Origin: Longimicrobiales bacterium
GTDB taxonomy: Bacteria > Gemmatimonadota > Gemmatimonadetes > Longimicrobiales > Gaopeijiaceae
DNA: 64,000 nucleotides
Direction of reading: 5' to 3'
Assembly (NCBI GenBank): GCA_965203485.1
Contig: OZ241892.1
Coordinates: 1,152,001 to 1,216,000 of the forward strand
The notes beneath the pieces are model-generated. The model saw only the letters and a program-made list of their open reading frames with translations. It made no database searches and had not been told where the DNA came from. The position numbers and the translations under genes were made by a program. Each line of letters begins with the position of its first letter. Within the stretch, counting starts at the first letter, position 1. Positions 1 to 10,592 of the stretch are shown here, one piece after another.

Positions 1-407
1 GTCGTAGCCGAACGAAGAGAGGCCGAACGAGATGCTGCCGTTGCGCACCTGCCCGGCTTCGAACGGCTTGATCATCCCGTGCTCGAGGGCCATCCGGCGA
101 ATCCAGCGGTCGCTCTTGACGGGCATGTGGGCTGGCGGGAAAGGCGCGGGGGACGGAAGGAGGAACATGATGCCGGCCGACTCGATTCTGCACGTCGGCA
201 GGGGGTGAACTGCGGGCCAACATAGCCGCTCGGCGAAGTTGCCGCCAAGCGGAACCGGTGCGCCTCGCTGGGCGGCCCCATCGATCCGCTTGCCGGCGCC
301 GCGAGGGCTTGGGAAGCGGCTGGACGAACGACGCCTCCCAAGGCGAATCGAGACCGGTCCGTCCGAAGACGGGAGCGGCCCGGCCCGGTCTTCTCTCGCG
401 CCGTCAG

Positions 408-870
408 CTAGCGCGGCAACCCGCGCAGGGTCACGACGGCGGTCCGTCCGCCGAAAGCGGCGGGAAAGGCCCCCGACCAGTCGCGGACTATGCTCCGCAC
501 GCGGCCCGTCGCTTCGTCGACCGGCATCGCCGCGCGTCCTCCGGTTGCCCGGTCCAGCGTCGCGGCTCCCTCCGGCCCGGCCATCCCGATGCGGTCCAGC
601 ATGGTGGTCCACGTGTCCTCGACGGCACGGCGAAGAGAAAGCCGGCGCCCCCGTGGTCCACGGGATCGGGCGAGAGAGTCAGCCGATGGCGACGGAGAAC
701 GCCGCCGTGTCGCCGATCGACGCCAGCGTGACCGACGGCGTGACGACCAGCGACTCGGCCCGCGGCACGGCGGAACCGTCGTCGCAGGAGCCCACCGCGA
801 ACGCAACGAGCGTCCCGAGCGCGCCGGTTCCCGGTATGCCGGTGGCCGGCGCCCGTGCCTTGCCCGCGCG
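408..870 (-). pseudogene. Decayed, internally deleted Ig-like (Big_2-type) lipoprotein remnant
   Basis: Minus frame 679..1023 reads [13 protein letters not shown] (lipobox-like) then [24 protein letters not shown] and stops at 679-681. Another minus frame ends [16 protein letters not shown]...[14 protein letters not shown]...VVTLRGLPR, resembling from memory the C-terminal tail of Gemmatimonadota Ig-like surface proteins. Boundaries approximate. Confidence 0.45.
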
Positions 871-1205
871 GACCCGGTCCAGGGCGCGCTCACGTCGGCC
901 CGTCCTCGAGCGGCCTTCACGACTCGATGCCGGTCTCCCGTGCAGGATTGGTGGACTGCCGCTCGCGCACGCCAAGGTTGCGGCGCCGTCGTCGGCCCGC
1001 GGCCGGCGATGCCGCCCAGCCACGCACAGCGCGACGTGCCAATCGCGCGCGCTCGACGCGAAACGTTACCCAAGGGTGTGACAAGGGCGCGACCGGCGAG
1101 TCCCGGCGATGCCGGCGGAGCGTCCCGCGGCACCTCGCGGCCTGCGGCACCGCGGCCCGTGGGTTGCCGCGCCGTCGTCCGCCGCCTCGCGCCGCCGCCC
1201 CGCGC

Positions 1206-1234
1206 TTGAGCATCGCGGCCGACGGCCGTATCTT
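1206..1234 (+). promoter_or_regulatory. sigma70-like promoter of the nuo operon
   Basis: TTGAGC (1206-1211), 17-bp spacer, TATCTT (1229-1234), about 85 bp upstream of nuoA. Confidence 0.6.
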
Positions 1235-1248
1235 CCGTGGCCAGCAGC

Positions 1249-1266
1249 TCGTGAAACATTTCACAA
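1249..1266. promoter_or_regulatory. Rex operator (NADH/NAD+ sensing repressor site)
   Basis: TCGTGAA-ACAT-TTCACAA versus consensus TTGTGAA-N4-TTCACAA: one mismatch; lies just downstream of the predicted -10. Confidence 0.75.
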
Positions 1267-1317
1267 GCGAGCGCGCCGCGGCCCGGGGCGACCGGGGCCG
1301 ACGACCGGGAGCCCCGC

Positions 1318-1674
1318 ATGGCATCGTCCTACATTCCGCTCCTCATCATTCTGGGCGTGTCGGTCGTCAACGCGGTGGGGATGGCGGTTGCGTCGCACGT
1401 GCTCAATCCACGTCGCCCGACGCCCGAGAAGGCCATGCCGTACGAGTCTGGAATGATCCCGCTCGGAGACACGCGGGCGCGCTTCTCGATCAAGTTCTAC
1501 ATGGTGGCGATCAGCTTCATCGTCTTCGACCTGGAGGCGATCTTTCTTGTGCCGTGGGCGGTGCGGATGCGCGAGCTGGGCTGGGGTCCGTTCGTGGCCG
1601 TCTTCCTCTTCACGGCGGTGCTCGCGGTGGGGCTGGCCTACGAATGGAGGAAAGGAGGCCTGGAATGGGACTAG
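1318..1674 (+). CDS. nuoA: NADH-quinone oxidoreductase subunit A
   Basis: [26 protein letters not shown] motifs. Confidence 0.97.
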   Translation: MASSYIPLLIILGVSVVNAVGMAVASHVLNPRRPTPEKAMPYESGMIPLGDTRARFSIKFYMVAISFIVFDLEAIFLVPWAVRMRELGWGPFVAVFLFTAVLAVGLAYEWRKGGLEWD

Positions 1675-2318
1675 ACCGGCCGGGCGTGCTCGGCGCCGGA
1701 ACGCCGGCCTTCCTGACGACCAAGCTGGACTTCGTCGTCAATTGGGCCAGACGCAACTCGCTCTGGCCGATGCCGTTCGGGACGGCCTGCTGCGCGATCG
1801 AGATGATGGCGTCGGCGGCCAGCAACTACGACTTGGCCCGCTTCGGCATGGAGCGGATGTCGTTCAGCCCGCGGCAGGCCGACGTGCTCATCTGCGCGGG
1901 CCGCGTGCCCTACAAGCTGGCGCCGGTCCTGCGCCGCATCTGGGACCAGATGATGCAGCCCAAGTGGTGCATCTCCATGGGAGCCTGCGCGTCCTCGGGG
2001 GGCGTCTTCGACGCGTACTCGATGGTGCAGGGGATCGACACGATCGTGCCCGTGGACGTCTACATTCCGGGGTGCCCCCCGCGCCCGGAGGCCCTCATCT
2101 ACGGCCTCATGATGGTCCAGGAGAAGATTCGCGGCGAGAGCTTGGCCCGGCATGCGGAGTTGCGGGCCGAAGATCCGGCGGACGCCGGCCGTCCGAAGGC
2201 GAGCGAGCGCGAGGTCCTCGACTTGACCGGCCCGTTCGGCAACTCCACCCAGCAGAACCGGGTCAGCGGCGAGGTCGAGACCAGCGCCGTCGGCCGGCCT
2301 GCCGACCGCCTGCCCTGA
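1665..2318 (+). CDS. nuoB: NADH-quinone oxidoreductase subunit B
   Basis: [27 protein letters not shown] 1665 after AAGGAGG. Confidence 0.97.
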   Translation: MGLDRPGVLGAGTPAFLTTKLDFVVNWARRNSLWPMPFGTACCAIEMMASAASNYDLARFGMERMSFSPRQADVLICAGRVPYKLAPVLRRIWDQMMQPKWCISMGACASSGGVFDAYSMVQGIDTIVPVDVYIPGCPPRPEALIYGLMMVQEKIRGESLARHAELRAEDPADAGRPKASEREVLDLTGPFGNSTQQNRVSGEVETSAVGRPADRLP

Positions 2319-2335
2319 AGGGGAGGAAGCGCGCC

Positions 2336-3088
2336 TTGAGCCCGAGCGGCGACCCCGCCGGCCCGCCGCCGTTCGACTTCAGCGCCGTCGCTCGCGGTCC
2401 GGCCGCCGCCGCCGAGGTTGCTCCGGCCGGTCGCCGGCCCGGCAGCGGGGAGCCGATCAATCCGTCCGTGCGCGCGCTCGGGGCCCGCTTCGGCTCAGCC
2501 GTCCTGCGCAGCGAGGTCAACGCGGGCGACCAGGACGTCGTGTACGTCGAGCCCGCGCGGATCCTGGAGGTTCTCCGCTGGCTTCGCGACGAGCCGGAAG
2601 AGCACTACGACCACCTCGCGGACGTCACCGCGGTGGACTACGGCGGCGGACGCCCCATCGAGGTCGTCTACCAGCTTTGGTCGATTCCGCGGCGCAAGGC
2701 GCTCCGCGTCAAGTGCGAGCTGCCGCTCTCGGCTCTGGAGATCGACAGCGCCACGGCGCTGTGGGCGGGCGCCGACTGGCTGGAGCGAGAGGTGTACGAC
2801 CTCTTCGGAGTCAGGTTCCGGGGGCACCCCAACTTGCGCCGCATCCTGATGCCCGACAACTACGCCGAGGGACATCCGCTGCGGAAGGACTTTCCGCTGA
2901 GGGGCCGCTTCTCGCGGGCCGAGCAGACGCGCCGCGCGCTGTCCCAGGAGCCGGAGGACTACTACGCGCCCGGCGAGATCGGCGACCGCGTTCCCCAGAC
3001 CATGGTGAGCCCCCGGGGCGCCGGCGACGCCGAGGAAAGCGCCGCTCCGCCGTCGCCGGCCGGCGACGAAGCGCGGACCCGCCGATGA
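2336..3088 (+). CDS. nuoC: NADH-quinone oxidoreductase subunit C
   Basis: WLEREVYDLFG, GHPLRKDFPL; TTG start inferred from upstream GGAGG. Confidence 0.93.
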   Translation: MSPSGDPAGPPPFDFSAVARGPAAAAEVAPAGRRPGSGEPINPSVRALGARFGSAVLRSEVNAGDQDVVYVEPARILEVLRWLRDEPEEHYDHLADVTAVDYGGGRPIEVVYQLWSIPRRKALRVKCELPLSALEIDSATALWAGADWLEREVYDLFGVRFRGHPNLRRILMPDNYAEGHPLRKDFPLRGRFSRAEQTRRALSQEPEDYYAPGEIGDRVPQTMVSPRGAGDAEESAAPPSPAGDEARTRR

Positions 3089-4362
3089 CGACCCGCACGG
3101 TCGAGTTCGACGCCTCCCGCACCCCCGAGATGGGACCGGGCGGCGTCCTCGTCGCCAGTCCGTCGGTCCCGTTCGACGCGCCCGAGCCGGAGTGGGACTC
3201 CGAGACGATGCTGGTCAACGTCGGTCCGCAGCACCCGGCCACGCACGGAGTGCTCCGGCTGATCGTGGAGCTCGACGGCGAGACCGTCGTCAGCGTCGTG
3301 CCTCGCATCGGCTATCTGCACTCGTCGTTCGAGAAGCTGGGCGAGTACCGCACGTGGAACCAGATCGTGCCGCTCACGGACCGCATGGACTACCTGGCGC
3401 CGCTCATCTACAACTGCGCCTACGTCATGGCCGTCGAGAAGCTGATGGGCATCGAAGTCACCGACCGTTGCCGGGTTGCGCGCGTGATCTGCATGGAGAT
3501 GGACCGCATCTTCTCGCACTTGCTGTGGCTGGGCACGTGGTCCATCGACGTCGGCGCCTTCACCCCCTTCCTCTACGCCTTCCAGCAACGCGAGAAGGTC
3601 TACAAGCTGCACGAAGCGCTCACCGGCGCCCGCATCACGACCTCGGCCACGCGCATCGGCGGCATGATGGCCGACCTTCCGGAGGGCTGGACCGCCGGCG
3701 TGCGCGAGTTCGCGGACAACCTGCCGGCCACGCTGGACGAGATCGACGCGCTGCTGACGTGCAACGCCATCCACGTCGGACGGACGCAGGGAATCGGAGC
3801 GATCTCGGCGGAAGACGCGGTGGCGCATGGGCTCACGGGCGCGAACCTGCGCGCGAGCGGCGTCCCCTACGACGTGCGCAAGGACCGGCCGTACTACGAC
3901 TACGAGAGCTACGACTTCGAGGTTCCCATCGGTTGCCACGGCGACTGCTACGACCGCTACTTGGTGCGGATGGAGGAAATGCGCCAGAGCCTGCGCATTC
4001 TCCACCAGGCGCTGGACCGCCTGCCGTCCGGCCCCATGGACGTCGCAGACCCGCGCGTCAGCCTCCCGTCCAAGACCGACTGCATGTCCGACATGGAGTC
4101 GATGATCCACCACTTCAAGCTGATCACCGAAGGGCTCCCGGCGCCTGCGGAGGACTGCTGGTTCTCGGTGGAGGGATCGAAGGGCGAGCTCGGGATGTAC
4201 GTGGTGGGAGACGGCGGGCCGAAACCGGTCCGGTGGCGGATCCGCCCGCCGTCGTTCGTCAACTTGGCGGCGATTCCGGCGCTTGCCGAGGGCCACTTGA
4301 TGGCCGACCTCATCGTCATCAACGCAAGCTTGGACATCGTCCTGGGCGAGATCGACAGGTGA
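3085..4362 (+). CDS. nuoD: NADH-quinone oxidoreductase subunit D
   Basis: NVGPQHPATHGVLRL, ends DIVLGEIDR; ATGA overlap with nuoC. Confidence 0.97.
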   Translation: MTTRTVEFDASRTPEMGPGGVLVASPSVPFDAPEPEWDSETMLVNVGPQHPATHGVLRLIVELDGETVVSVVPRIGYLHSSFEKLGEYRTWNQIVPLTDRMDYLAPLIYNCAYVMAVEKLMGIEVTDRCRVARVICMEMDRIFSHLLWLGTWSIDVGAFTPFLYAFQQREKVYKLHEALTGARITTSATRIGGMMADLPEGWTAGVREFADNLPATLDEIDALLTCNAIHVGRTQGIGAISAEDAVAHGLTGANLRASGVPYDVRKDRPYYDYESYDFEVPIGCHGDCYDRYLVRMEEMRQSLRILHQALDRLPSGPMDVADPRVSLPSKTDCMSDMESMIHHFKLITEGLPAPAEDCWFSVEGSKGELGMYVVGDGGPKPVRWRIRPPSFVNLAAIPALAEGHLMADLIVINASLDIVLGEIDR

Positions 4363-5027
4363 GCGCCGCGCCCGTCAACAATCCCGGCTGGGCCGGCAAC
4401 ACGGGAGAGTTCGGCTTGTCCGAAGCGGACGTGCGGGGCGGGGCCGTTTCGGACGGTCCTCCGCTGGACGGCGGTCACGCGAGCGTAGCCCCCAGCCTGC
4501 CGTACATGCTGGCCGCCGGCGATCCGGACGCCGTCCTGTTCGAAGGCCCGTACGCGGAGCGCTTCAAGAAGATCAGGAGCCGCTATCCCACCGCGCGCGC
4601 GGCTCTGCTTCCGGCGCTGAACTTGGCCCAGGAGCTGCGTGGCTTCGTGTCGCCCGAGACCATGGACGAAGTGGCGGCGCTTCTCGGCCTGAGCAAGGCG
4701 TACGTGCGCGGCGTGGCGACCTTCTACACGATGTACAACAAGCGTCCCGTGGGACGCTTCCTCATCCAGGTGTGCACGAACATCTCTTGCAACCTGTGCG
4801 GCGCCGAGGACGTGCTGGCCGCGTTCCTGGACCAGACGGGCGCCGAGCTCGGCGAGACCTCCAAGGACGGAACGTTCACGGTCGTGGAGGCCGAGTGCCT
4901 GGCCGCGTGCGGCTTTCCGACGTGCGTGCAGATCAACTCGCGCTACTTCGAGGACGTCGGTCCGGGCGACGTGCCGAGCATCCTGGACCGCTTGAAGGGC
5001 GAGCTCCAGAGCGGCGCACGGGTCTGA
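4359..5027 (+). CDS. nuoE: NADH-quinone oxidoreductase subunit E
   Basis: VATFYTMY, CTNISCNLC, ECLAAC; GTGA overlap start, N-terminal extension makes the start uncertain. Confidence 0.92.
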   Translation: MSAAPVNNPGWAGNTGEFGLSEADVRGGAVSDGPPLDGGHASVAPSLPYMLAAGDPDAVLFEGPYAERFKKIRSRYPTARAALLPALNLAQELRGFVSPETMDEVAALLGLSKAYVRGVATFYTMYNKRPVGRFLIQVCTNISCNLCGAEDVLAAFLDQTGAELGETSKDGTFTVVEAECLAACGFPTCVQINSRYFEDVGPGDVPSILDRLKGELQSGARV

Positions 5028-5038
5028 GGAGCTGCGAC

Positions 5039-6331
5039 GTGGCCTACCCGTACCGGCACCGCCGCGAGACCCGAGTCCTCAGCGAGGCGTTCGGGGACCC
5101 GGCCGCCCGCACCGTCGCCGGGTGGAAGGCGCTGGGCGGCTACCAGGGACTGGCTCGCGCCTTGGAGATCGGGCGGGCCGCGACCGTCGACGAGGTGAAG
5201 GCGTCGGGCCTGCGGGGCAGAGGCGGGGCGGGCTTTCCGACGGGCGTGAAGTGGTCGTTCATGCCGCAGGACTCCGGGCGGACGCACTACTTGCTGTGCA
5301 ACGCCGACGAGTCGGAGCCGGGTACGTTCAAGGACCGAGAGATCATTCGCTGGACGCCGCACCAGCTGATCGAGGGATGCCTGGTCGGCGCGTACGCGAT
5401 CGGCGCAACGCATTGCTACGTCTATCTGCGCGGCGAGTTCTTCGAGGCCACGCGCGTTCTGGCCCGGGCGCTCGAGGAAGCGTACGCGGAGGGGTTGGCC
5501 GGCCCGGACGTCATGGGTTCGGGCGTGGACATCGACGTCACGCTGCACGTGGGCGCAGGCGCGTACATCTGCGGCGAGGAGACCGGCCTCATGAGTTCCC
5601 TGGAGGGCCGCCGCGGCGAGCCCCGAATCAAGCCGCCGTTTCCAGCCGCGTCGGGCGCGTTCGGAATGCCCACGACGATCAACAACGTCGAGACGCTGGC
5701 CGCCGTTCCCCACATCCTGCGGCACGGCGGCGAATGGTACCGCCAATGGGGAACCGACAAGAGCCCCGGCACGAAGCTGTTCTGCGTGTCGGGCCACGTG
5801 AACCGCCCCGGCAACTACGAGTTGCCCCTGGGGTTCCCGATGATGGACCTGATCGACGACGTGTGCGGGGGCATGCGCGAGGGCAAGGCGCTCAAGGCGG
5901 TGATCCCGGGCGGAAGCTCGGTGCCGATCTTGAGCGCCGACGACTGCGAGTCGTGCGACTTGTGCTACGAAGGAGTGGAAGCCGCCGGGTCGATGCTGGG
6001 GTGCGCGTCCGTGATCGTCATGGACGAGACGGCCGACGTCGTCAAGCAGGTCCGCCGCATGGCGGACTTCTACGCGCACGAGTCGTGCGGCCAGTGCACG
6101 CCCTGCCGCGAAGGCACCGCTTGGGCCGGCCGCATCCTGCGCCGCATCGAGGAGGGCCGGGGCAGGGAGGACGACCTCGGCACGCTCCTGCAGATATCCG
6201 AGCAGATGACGGGCACCACGATCTGCGTTCTGTCGGACTCGCTGGCGGCGCCCGTGATCTCTTCCATAGAGAAGTTCCGCGACGACTACCTGGCCCTGAT
6301 CCGCCGCGGCGAGCGAGTCGGGGCAACGTGA
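5039..6331 (+). CDS. nuoF: NADH-quinone oxidoreductase subunit F
   Basis: GRGGAGFPTG, NADESEPG, GAGAYICGEET, ESCGQCTPCREG. Confidence 0.97.
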   Translation: MAYPYRHRRETRVLSEAFGDPAARTVAGWKALGGYQGLARALEIGRAATVDEVKASGLRGRGGAGFPTGVKWSFMPQDSGRTHYLLCNADESEPGTFKDREIIRWTPHQLIEGCLVGAYAIGATHCYVYLRGEFFEATRVLARALEEAYAEGLAGPDVMGSGVDIDVTLHVGAGAYICGEETGLMSSLEGRRGEPRIKPPFPAASGAFGMPTTINNVETLAAVPHILRHGGEWYRQWGTDKSPGTKLFCVSGHVNRPGNYELPLGFPMMDLIDDVCGGMREGKALKAVIPGGSSVPILSADDCESCDLCYEGVEAAGSMLGCASVIVMDETADVVKQVRRMADFYAHESCGQCTPCREGTAWAGRILRRIEEGRGREDDLGTLLQISEQMTGTTICVLSDSLAAPVISSIEKFRDDYLALIRRGERVGAT

Positions 6332-6349
6332 CGCAAGCGAGGAAACGCA

Positions 6350-7972
6350 ATGGCCGATAACGGACGTCCGCCCGCCGCCGCGGTGGCCCTCACGATCGAC
6401 GGCCGCGACGTCACGGTGCCGAAGGGCACGTCGTTGCTGGAGGCCGCCGCGCTCGCGGGAACGGAGTTGCCCCACTACTGCTACCATCCGGGCCTGTCGG
6501 CGCCCGCCCAATGCCGAATCTGCCTCGTGGAGGTGGAGGGCGCCCCGAAGCTGCAGCCGTCGTGCGTCACGATGGCCCAGGACGGGCAAGTGGTGCGCAC
6601 GGACAGCCCGGAAGCGCTCAAGATGCGCAAGGGCGTGCTCGAGTTCTACCTGGTCAACCACCCGCTCGACTGCCCGGTCTGCGACATGTCGGGCGAGTGC
6701 AAGCTCCAGGACTACGTGTTCGCGGAAGGGCGCGAGAAGGGACGCGGCACGGAACCCAAGCGCGTCTTCGGGCGCGACGACTTCGGCGGCGACGTGCTGT
6801 ACTACGGCGACCGTTGCGTCATGTGCACCCGTTGCGTGCGCTTCATGGACGAGGTGGCGCGCGACTCGCGCCTGACCGTGGTGGAGCGGGGGAGCCGGGC
6901 CGTCATCGACACGTTCTTCGACGAAGGGCTGGAGGGGGCGTCGTTCGCCGGCAACGTCGTGGACATATGTCCCGTGGGCGCCTTGGTGTCCAAGGACTTC
7001 CTGCACAAGGCGAGAGCGTGGGACTTGGACCACGCTCCGTCGGTGTGCCCCGGATGCAGCCAGGGCTGCAACATCGAGCTGCACGTCCGCGACAACGCGG
7101 TTCAGCGCCTGAAGCCTCGGGAGAACGCGGACGTCAACGGGCACTGGATGTGCGACTTCGGCCGCGCCGGCTACGAGTGGATCAACCGGGGCGGACGGCT
7201 CGAAGCGCCTGCCGTGGGGCGCGGGGCCGGCCGCCGGGCTGCGGCGTGGGACGAGGCGCTGGGGTCGTTGCTGGCGCGGTTGCGGGCCGCCGCCGGCTCG
7301 GACGTGAAGGTGGTCGGTTCGGCAGGGTCGTCGTGCGAGGCGCTCGCGGCGCTCGCCGGGGTGGCCGAGGAGACGGGAGCCGTCTCGGCCCGGTTGTTCC
7401 GCTCGCGGCGGGCCGCCGACGAGGATCCCTTGCCCGGGTTCCCCACCTTGGTGCGAAGGCGCGACTTGGCCCCGAACGTGGACGGCGCGAGGGCCCTCGG
7501 CTTCTCGCGCGTGGGCGGCGACGACGCGGCGGGCGGACTCGAGGACGTGGCGGCGCACGACGGCGTGGTGCTCGTGCTGGACGACGAGCTCGCCGACCAG
7601 GACGAGTCGTTCGGCGCGCGGGCCGGCCTCTTCGTCTACTTGGGCGCCTGGGCGCCTGCGGCGGCCGCGAACGCGGACTTCGTGCTGCCGCTCGCCACGT
7701 TCGCCGAGCAGGACGGCGCGTTCGTCAACGTGCAGGGGCGCGTGCAGCGGTTCCGGCCGGGGATGCGCGCGCCGGGAGAGGCGCGGCCGGCTTGGCTGGC
7801 GCTGGGCGCCCTGATGGCGGCCTTGCAGGGCGCGGACGCTCCGCCGGCGAGCGCGGCGGCGGCGTTCGCGGCAGCGGCGCGGCGGCACCGCGCGTTGTCC
7901 GGCCTGTCGTACGAAGCGCTTGGATCGCTGGGGGCGCCGTCGGTTGCCGATCCAGGGGCGGACGCGGCGTGA
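6350..7972 (+). CDS. nuoG: NADH-quinone oxidoreductase subunit G (short form)
   Basis: CYHPGL..CRIC, HPLDCPVCD..GEC, CVMCTRC, CPGCSQGC. Confidence 0.95.
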   Translation: MADNGRPPAAAVALTIDGRDVTVPKGTSLLEAAALAGTELPHYCYHPGLSAPAQCRICLVEVEGAPKLQPSCVTMAQDGQVVRTDSPEALKMRKGVLEFYLVNHPLDCPVCDMSGECKLQDYVFAEGREKGRGTEPKRVFGRDDFGGDVLYYGDRCVMCTRCVRFMDEVARDSRLTVVERGSRAVIDTFFDEGLEGASFAGNVVDICPVGALVSKDFLHKARAWDLDHAPSVCPGCSQGCNIELHVRDNAVQRLKPRENADVNGHWMCDFGRAGYEWINRGGRLEAPAVGRGAGRRAAAWDEALGSLLARLRAAAGSDVKVVGSAGSSCEALAALAGVAEETGAVSARLFRSRRAADEDPLPGFPTLVRRRDLAPNVDGARALGFSRVGGDDAAGGLEDVAAHDGVVLVLDDELADQDESFGARAGLFVYLGAWAPAAAANADFVLPLATFAEQDGAFVNVQGRVQRFRPGMRAPGEARPAWLALGALMAALQGADAPPASAAAAFAAAARRHRALSGLSYEALGSLGAPSVADPGADAA

Positions 7973-9246
7973 GCAGGCTCGACTCGGGGCTCTGGTTCGT
8001 CGTGGCGGGCGCGGCCAAGGTGCTCGTCGTCTTCACCGTGATCATGGTGGTGGTCGCCTACATGACGCTTGCGGAGCGCCGCGTGTCCGCCTTCATCCAG
8101 GACCGGCTGGGGCCCAACCGCGTCGGCCGCTTCGGATGGCTGCAGCCGATCGCCGACGGCATCAAGAACATCCTCAAGGAGGAGACGATGCCTGGAACGG
8201 CGTCGCGCTTCTACTTCCTCCTGGGCCCGGCGCTGGCGATCATCCCGGCGCTCGCCACGTTCGCCGTGATTCCGTTCGCCGCTCCGCTGCCCACGCCGGC
8301 GGGAGCGGTGGACATGATCGTGGCGGACGTGCCCGTGGGCGTCCTCTACGTCCTCGCTCTCTCCTCGCTGGCCGTGTACGGCGTCGTGCTGGCGGGCTGG
8401 GCCTCCAACAACAAGTACGCGTTTCTGGGCGGCCTGCGGGCGTCGGCCCAGATGATCTCCTACGAGGTGGCGCTCGGGCTGAGCTTGATCGCGGTGCTGC
8501 TGCTCGCGGGCAACGTCACGCTTACGGAGGTCGTTCGCCAGCAGCAGCAGATGGGACTGTGGTTCGTCCTGCCGCTCTCGCTGGCCTTCGTGTTCTTCGT
8601 GATCTCGGCCTTCGCGGAAACCAACCGGCTCCCGTTCGACATGCCCGAGGCCGAGTCGGAGCTCGTCACGGGCTATCACACGGAGTACTCCGCCATGAAG
8701 TTCTCGATGTTCTTCATCGCCGAGTACGCGCACGTGCTGACGGCCTCCGCGCTGATGGCCACGCTCTTCTTCGGCGGATGGGACGTGCCTTTCTGGAAGG
8801 GCGACGACATGTTCTGGCACGACGGCGCCTGGATCCGCGGCTTCGACGCGAGCGGAGCCGCGATTCCCGCGCAGCCCAGCGTCTGGATCACGCTGGCGAC
8901 GCTGGCGTCCTTCGTCGCCAAGACGGCGTTCTTCCTGCTGCTGTTCATCTGGGTGCGCTGGACGCTGCCGCGCTTCCGCTACGACCAGGTCATGCACTTG
9001 GGCTGGAAGGTGATGTTGCCCGCGGCCCTGGGCTACGTCGTCCTCATGGCCGGGACGATGCTTGTGCTGGCGCAGCTCGGCGTGGAGTTCGGCATGCGGT
9101 ACGGACTCGCGCTCACCGGCGTGAGCGGGCTCGCCACGGTGGCTTTCCTGTTCTTCGTGGACCGCGACCGCATCATCGGCGGCGCGCACGCCAAGCGAAG
9201 GCCGATTCGGCGCCGGTTCGCAGCAACCGGGGCCTCCGCCGAATAG
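7969..9246 (+). CDS. nuoH: NADH-quinone oxidoreductase subunit H
   Basis: QDRLGPNRVG, AETNRLPFDMPEAESEL, PRFRYDQ. Confidence 0.96.
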   Translation: MSRLDSGLWFVVAGAAKVLVVFTVIMVVVAYMTLAERRVSAFIQDRLGPNRVGRFGWLQPIADGIKNILKEETMPGTASRFYFLLGPALAIIPALATFAVIPFAAPLPTPAGAVDMIVADVPVGVLYVLALSSLAVYGVVLAGWASNNKYAFLGGLRASAQMISYEVALGLSLIAVLLLAGNVTLTEVVRQQQQMGLWFVLPLSLAFVFFVISAFAETNRLPFDMPEAESELVTGYHTEYSAMKFSMFFIAEYAHVLTASALMATLFFGGWDVPFWKGDDMFWHDGAWIRGFDASGAAIPAQPSVWITLATLASFVAKTAFFLLLFIWVRWTLPRFRYDQVMHLGWKVMLPAALGYVVLMAGTMLVLAQLGVEFGMRYGLALTGVSGLATVAFLFFVDRDRIIGGAHAKRRPIRRRFAATGASAE

Positions 9247-9264
9247 GCCCGAAAGGAGAAGCTG

Positions 9265-9765
9265 ATGGCAATATCGGTCAAGGTCGTTCGCCGTCCCGAG
9301 GCGGGGCGCACGTCCTACATGCGCGCCACTCTCAAGGGCATGAGCCTGACGTTCCGCCACTTGGTGAGCCCGCAGAAGGTGACGCTCGAGTATCCGGAGG
9401 AACAGCCCGACCTGCACCCGCGCTGGCGCGGGACGCACCGAATGGAAGTGCACGCCGACGGACGGCCGAAGTGCGTTGCCTGCGGCCTTTGCCCCACGGT
9501 CTGCCCGGCCAACTGCATCCGCTTGGTCGGAGGCGAGGACGACCAAGGCGCCCGCTATCCGATCGTCTACGAGATCGACGAGTTCCGTTGCATCTTCTGC
9601 GGCATGTGCCAGGAAGTGTGTCCCGTCGAGGCGATCCACGTGGGGCGCCACTTCGAGAACGCCGAGTACGAGCGCGACCGCTTCGTGTACGACCTCGACC
9701 GGCTGATGGACCAGGAGCACTCGACGACGCTGCTGTGGGATCCGTCGGACCCGCGTTCCGAATGA
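9265..9765 (+). CDS. nuoI: NADH-quinone oxidoreductase subunit I
   Basis: Two 4Fe-4S motifs: [12 protein letters not shown] and [12 protein letters not shown]. Confidence 0.97.
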   Translation: MAISVKVVRRPEAGRTSYMRATLKGMSLTFRHLVSPQKVTLEYPEEQPDLHPRWRGTHRMEVHADGRPKCVACGLCPTVCPANCIRLVGGEDDQGARYPIVYEIDEFRCIFCGMCQEVCPVEAIHVGRHFENAEYERDRFVYDLDRLMDQEHSTTLLWDPSDPRSE

Positions 9766-10301
9766 CGGACGTCCTCTTCTTCGTCTTCGCGGTGGTCGCC
9801 GTCGTCGGCGCATGCGGCGTCGTTGCGGGACGCAGCCCCGTCGCCAGCCTGCTCTTCATGGTGGGCGCCCTGGCCAGCGTTGCCGGCATCTTCGTGCTGC
9901 TGGAAGCGCACTTCCTGGCCGCCGTGCAGGTGATCGTCTACGCGGGCGCGATCATGGTGCTGTTCCTCTTCGTGATCATGCTCCTCAACTTGGGCCACGA
10001 CTACCGGGCCGACCTCAAGTTCGGCCTGTGGACGCTCCTCGCGGCGGCGGCCTCGGGCTTCACCGGTTGGCTGCTGTGGACCGGCTTCGCCGAGGAGGGA
10101 GCGTCCGGCGCCTTGGGGGGCGACGCGGCCGCGGCGGTGGACGCGGCGGTCGCCGAGAAGGGGGCGGTGGGCGCGATCGCCGATCCCCTCTTCACCGACT
10201 ACGTGGTGGCGTTCGAGATCATCGGCCTGCTTCTGCTCGTGGCGATCGTGGCCGCGGTCGTCCTCGCGAAGCCGCGCGGGAAAGACGCCCGCCAATGCTG
10301 A
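9762..10301 (+). CDS. nuoJ: NADH-quinone oxidoreductase subunit J
   Basis: [20 protein letters not shown]. Confidence 0.95.
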   Translation: MTDVLFFVFAVVAVVGACGVVAGRSPVASLLFMVGALASVAGIFVLLEAHFLAAVQVIVYAGAIMVLFLFVIMLLNLGHDYRADLKFGLWTLLAAAASGFTGWLLWTGFAEEGASGALGGDAAAAVDAAVAEKGAVGAIADPLFTDYVVAFEIIGLLLLVAIVAAVVLAKPRGKDARQC

Positions 10302-10588
10302 CGCACGCGCTGGCGCTGAGCGCGGTCCTCTTCGTGATCGGCACGCTGGGCGTGATCGTCCGCCGCAACGCGATCGTGATGTTCCTGTGCATCGAGCTGC
10401 AGCTGAACGCGGTCAATCTCGCCTTCGTGACGCTGTCGCGGCAGGTGGGAATCGAAGGCCAGCTGTTCGTGTTCTTCGTGATGACGGTCGCCGCCGCCGA
10501 GGCCGCCGTGGGCTTGGCGATCATCATCGCCGTCTTCCGCCATCAGAAGACGGTGCAGGTGGACAAGTTCAATCTGCTCCGCTGGTGA
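10295..10588 (+). CDS. nuoK: NADH-quinone oxidoreductase subunit K
   Basis: [21 protein letters not shown]. Confidence 0.96.
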   Translation: MLTHALALSAVLFVIGTLGVIVRRNAIVMFLCIELQLNAVNLAFVTLSRQVGIEGQLFVFFVMTVAAAEAAVGLAIIIAVFRHQKTVQVDKFNLLRW

Positions 10589-10592
10589 TTCG

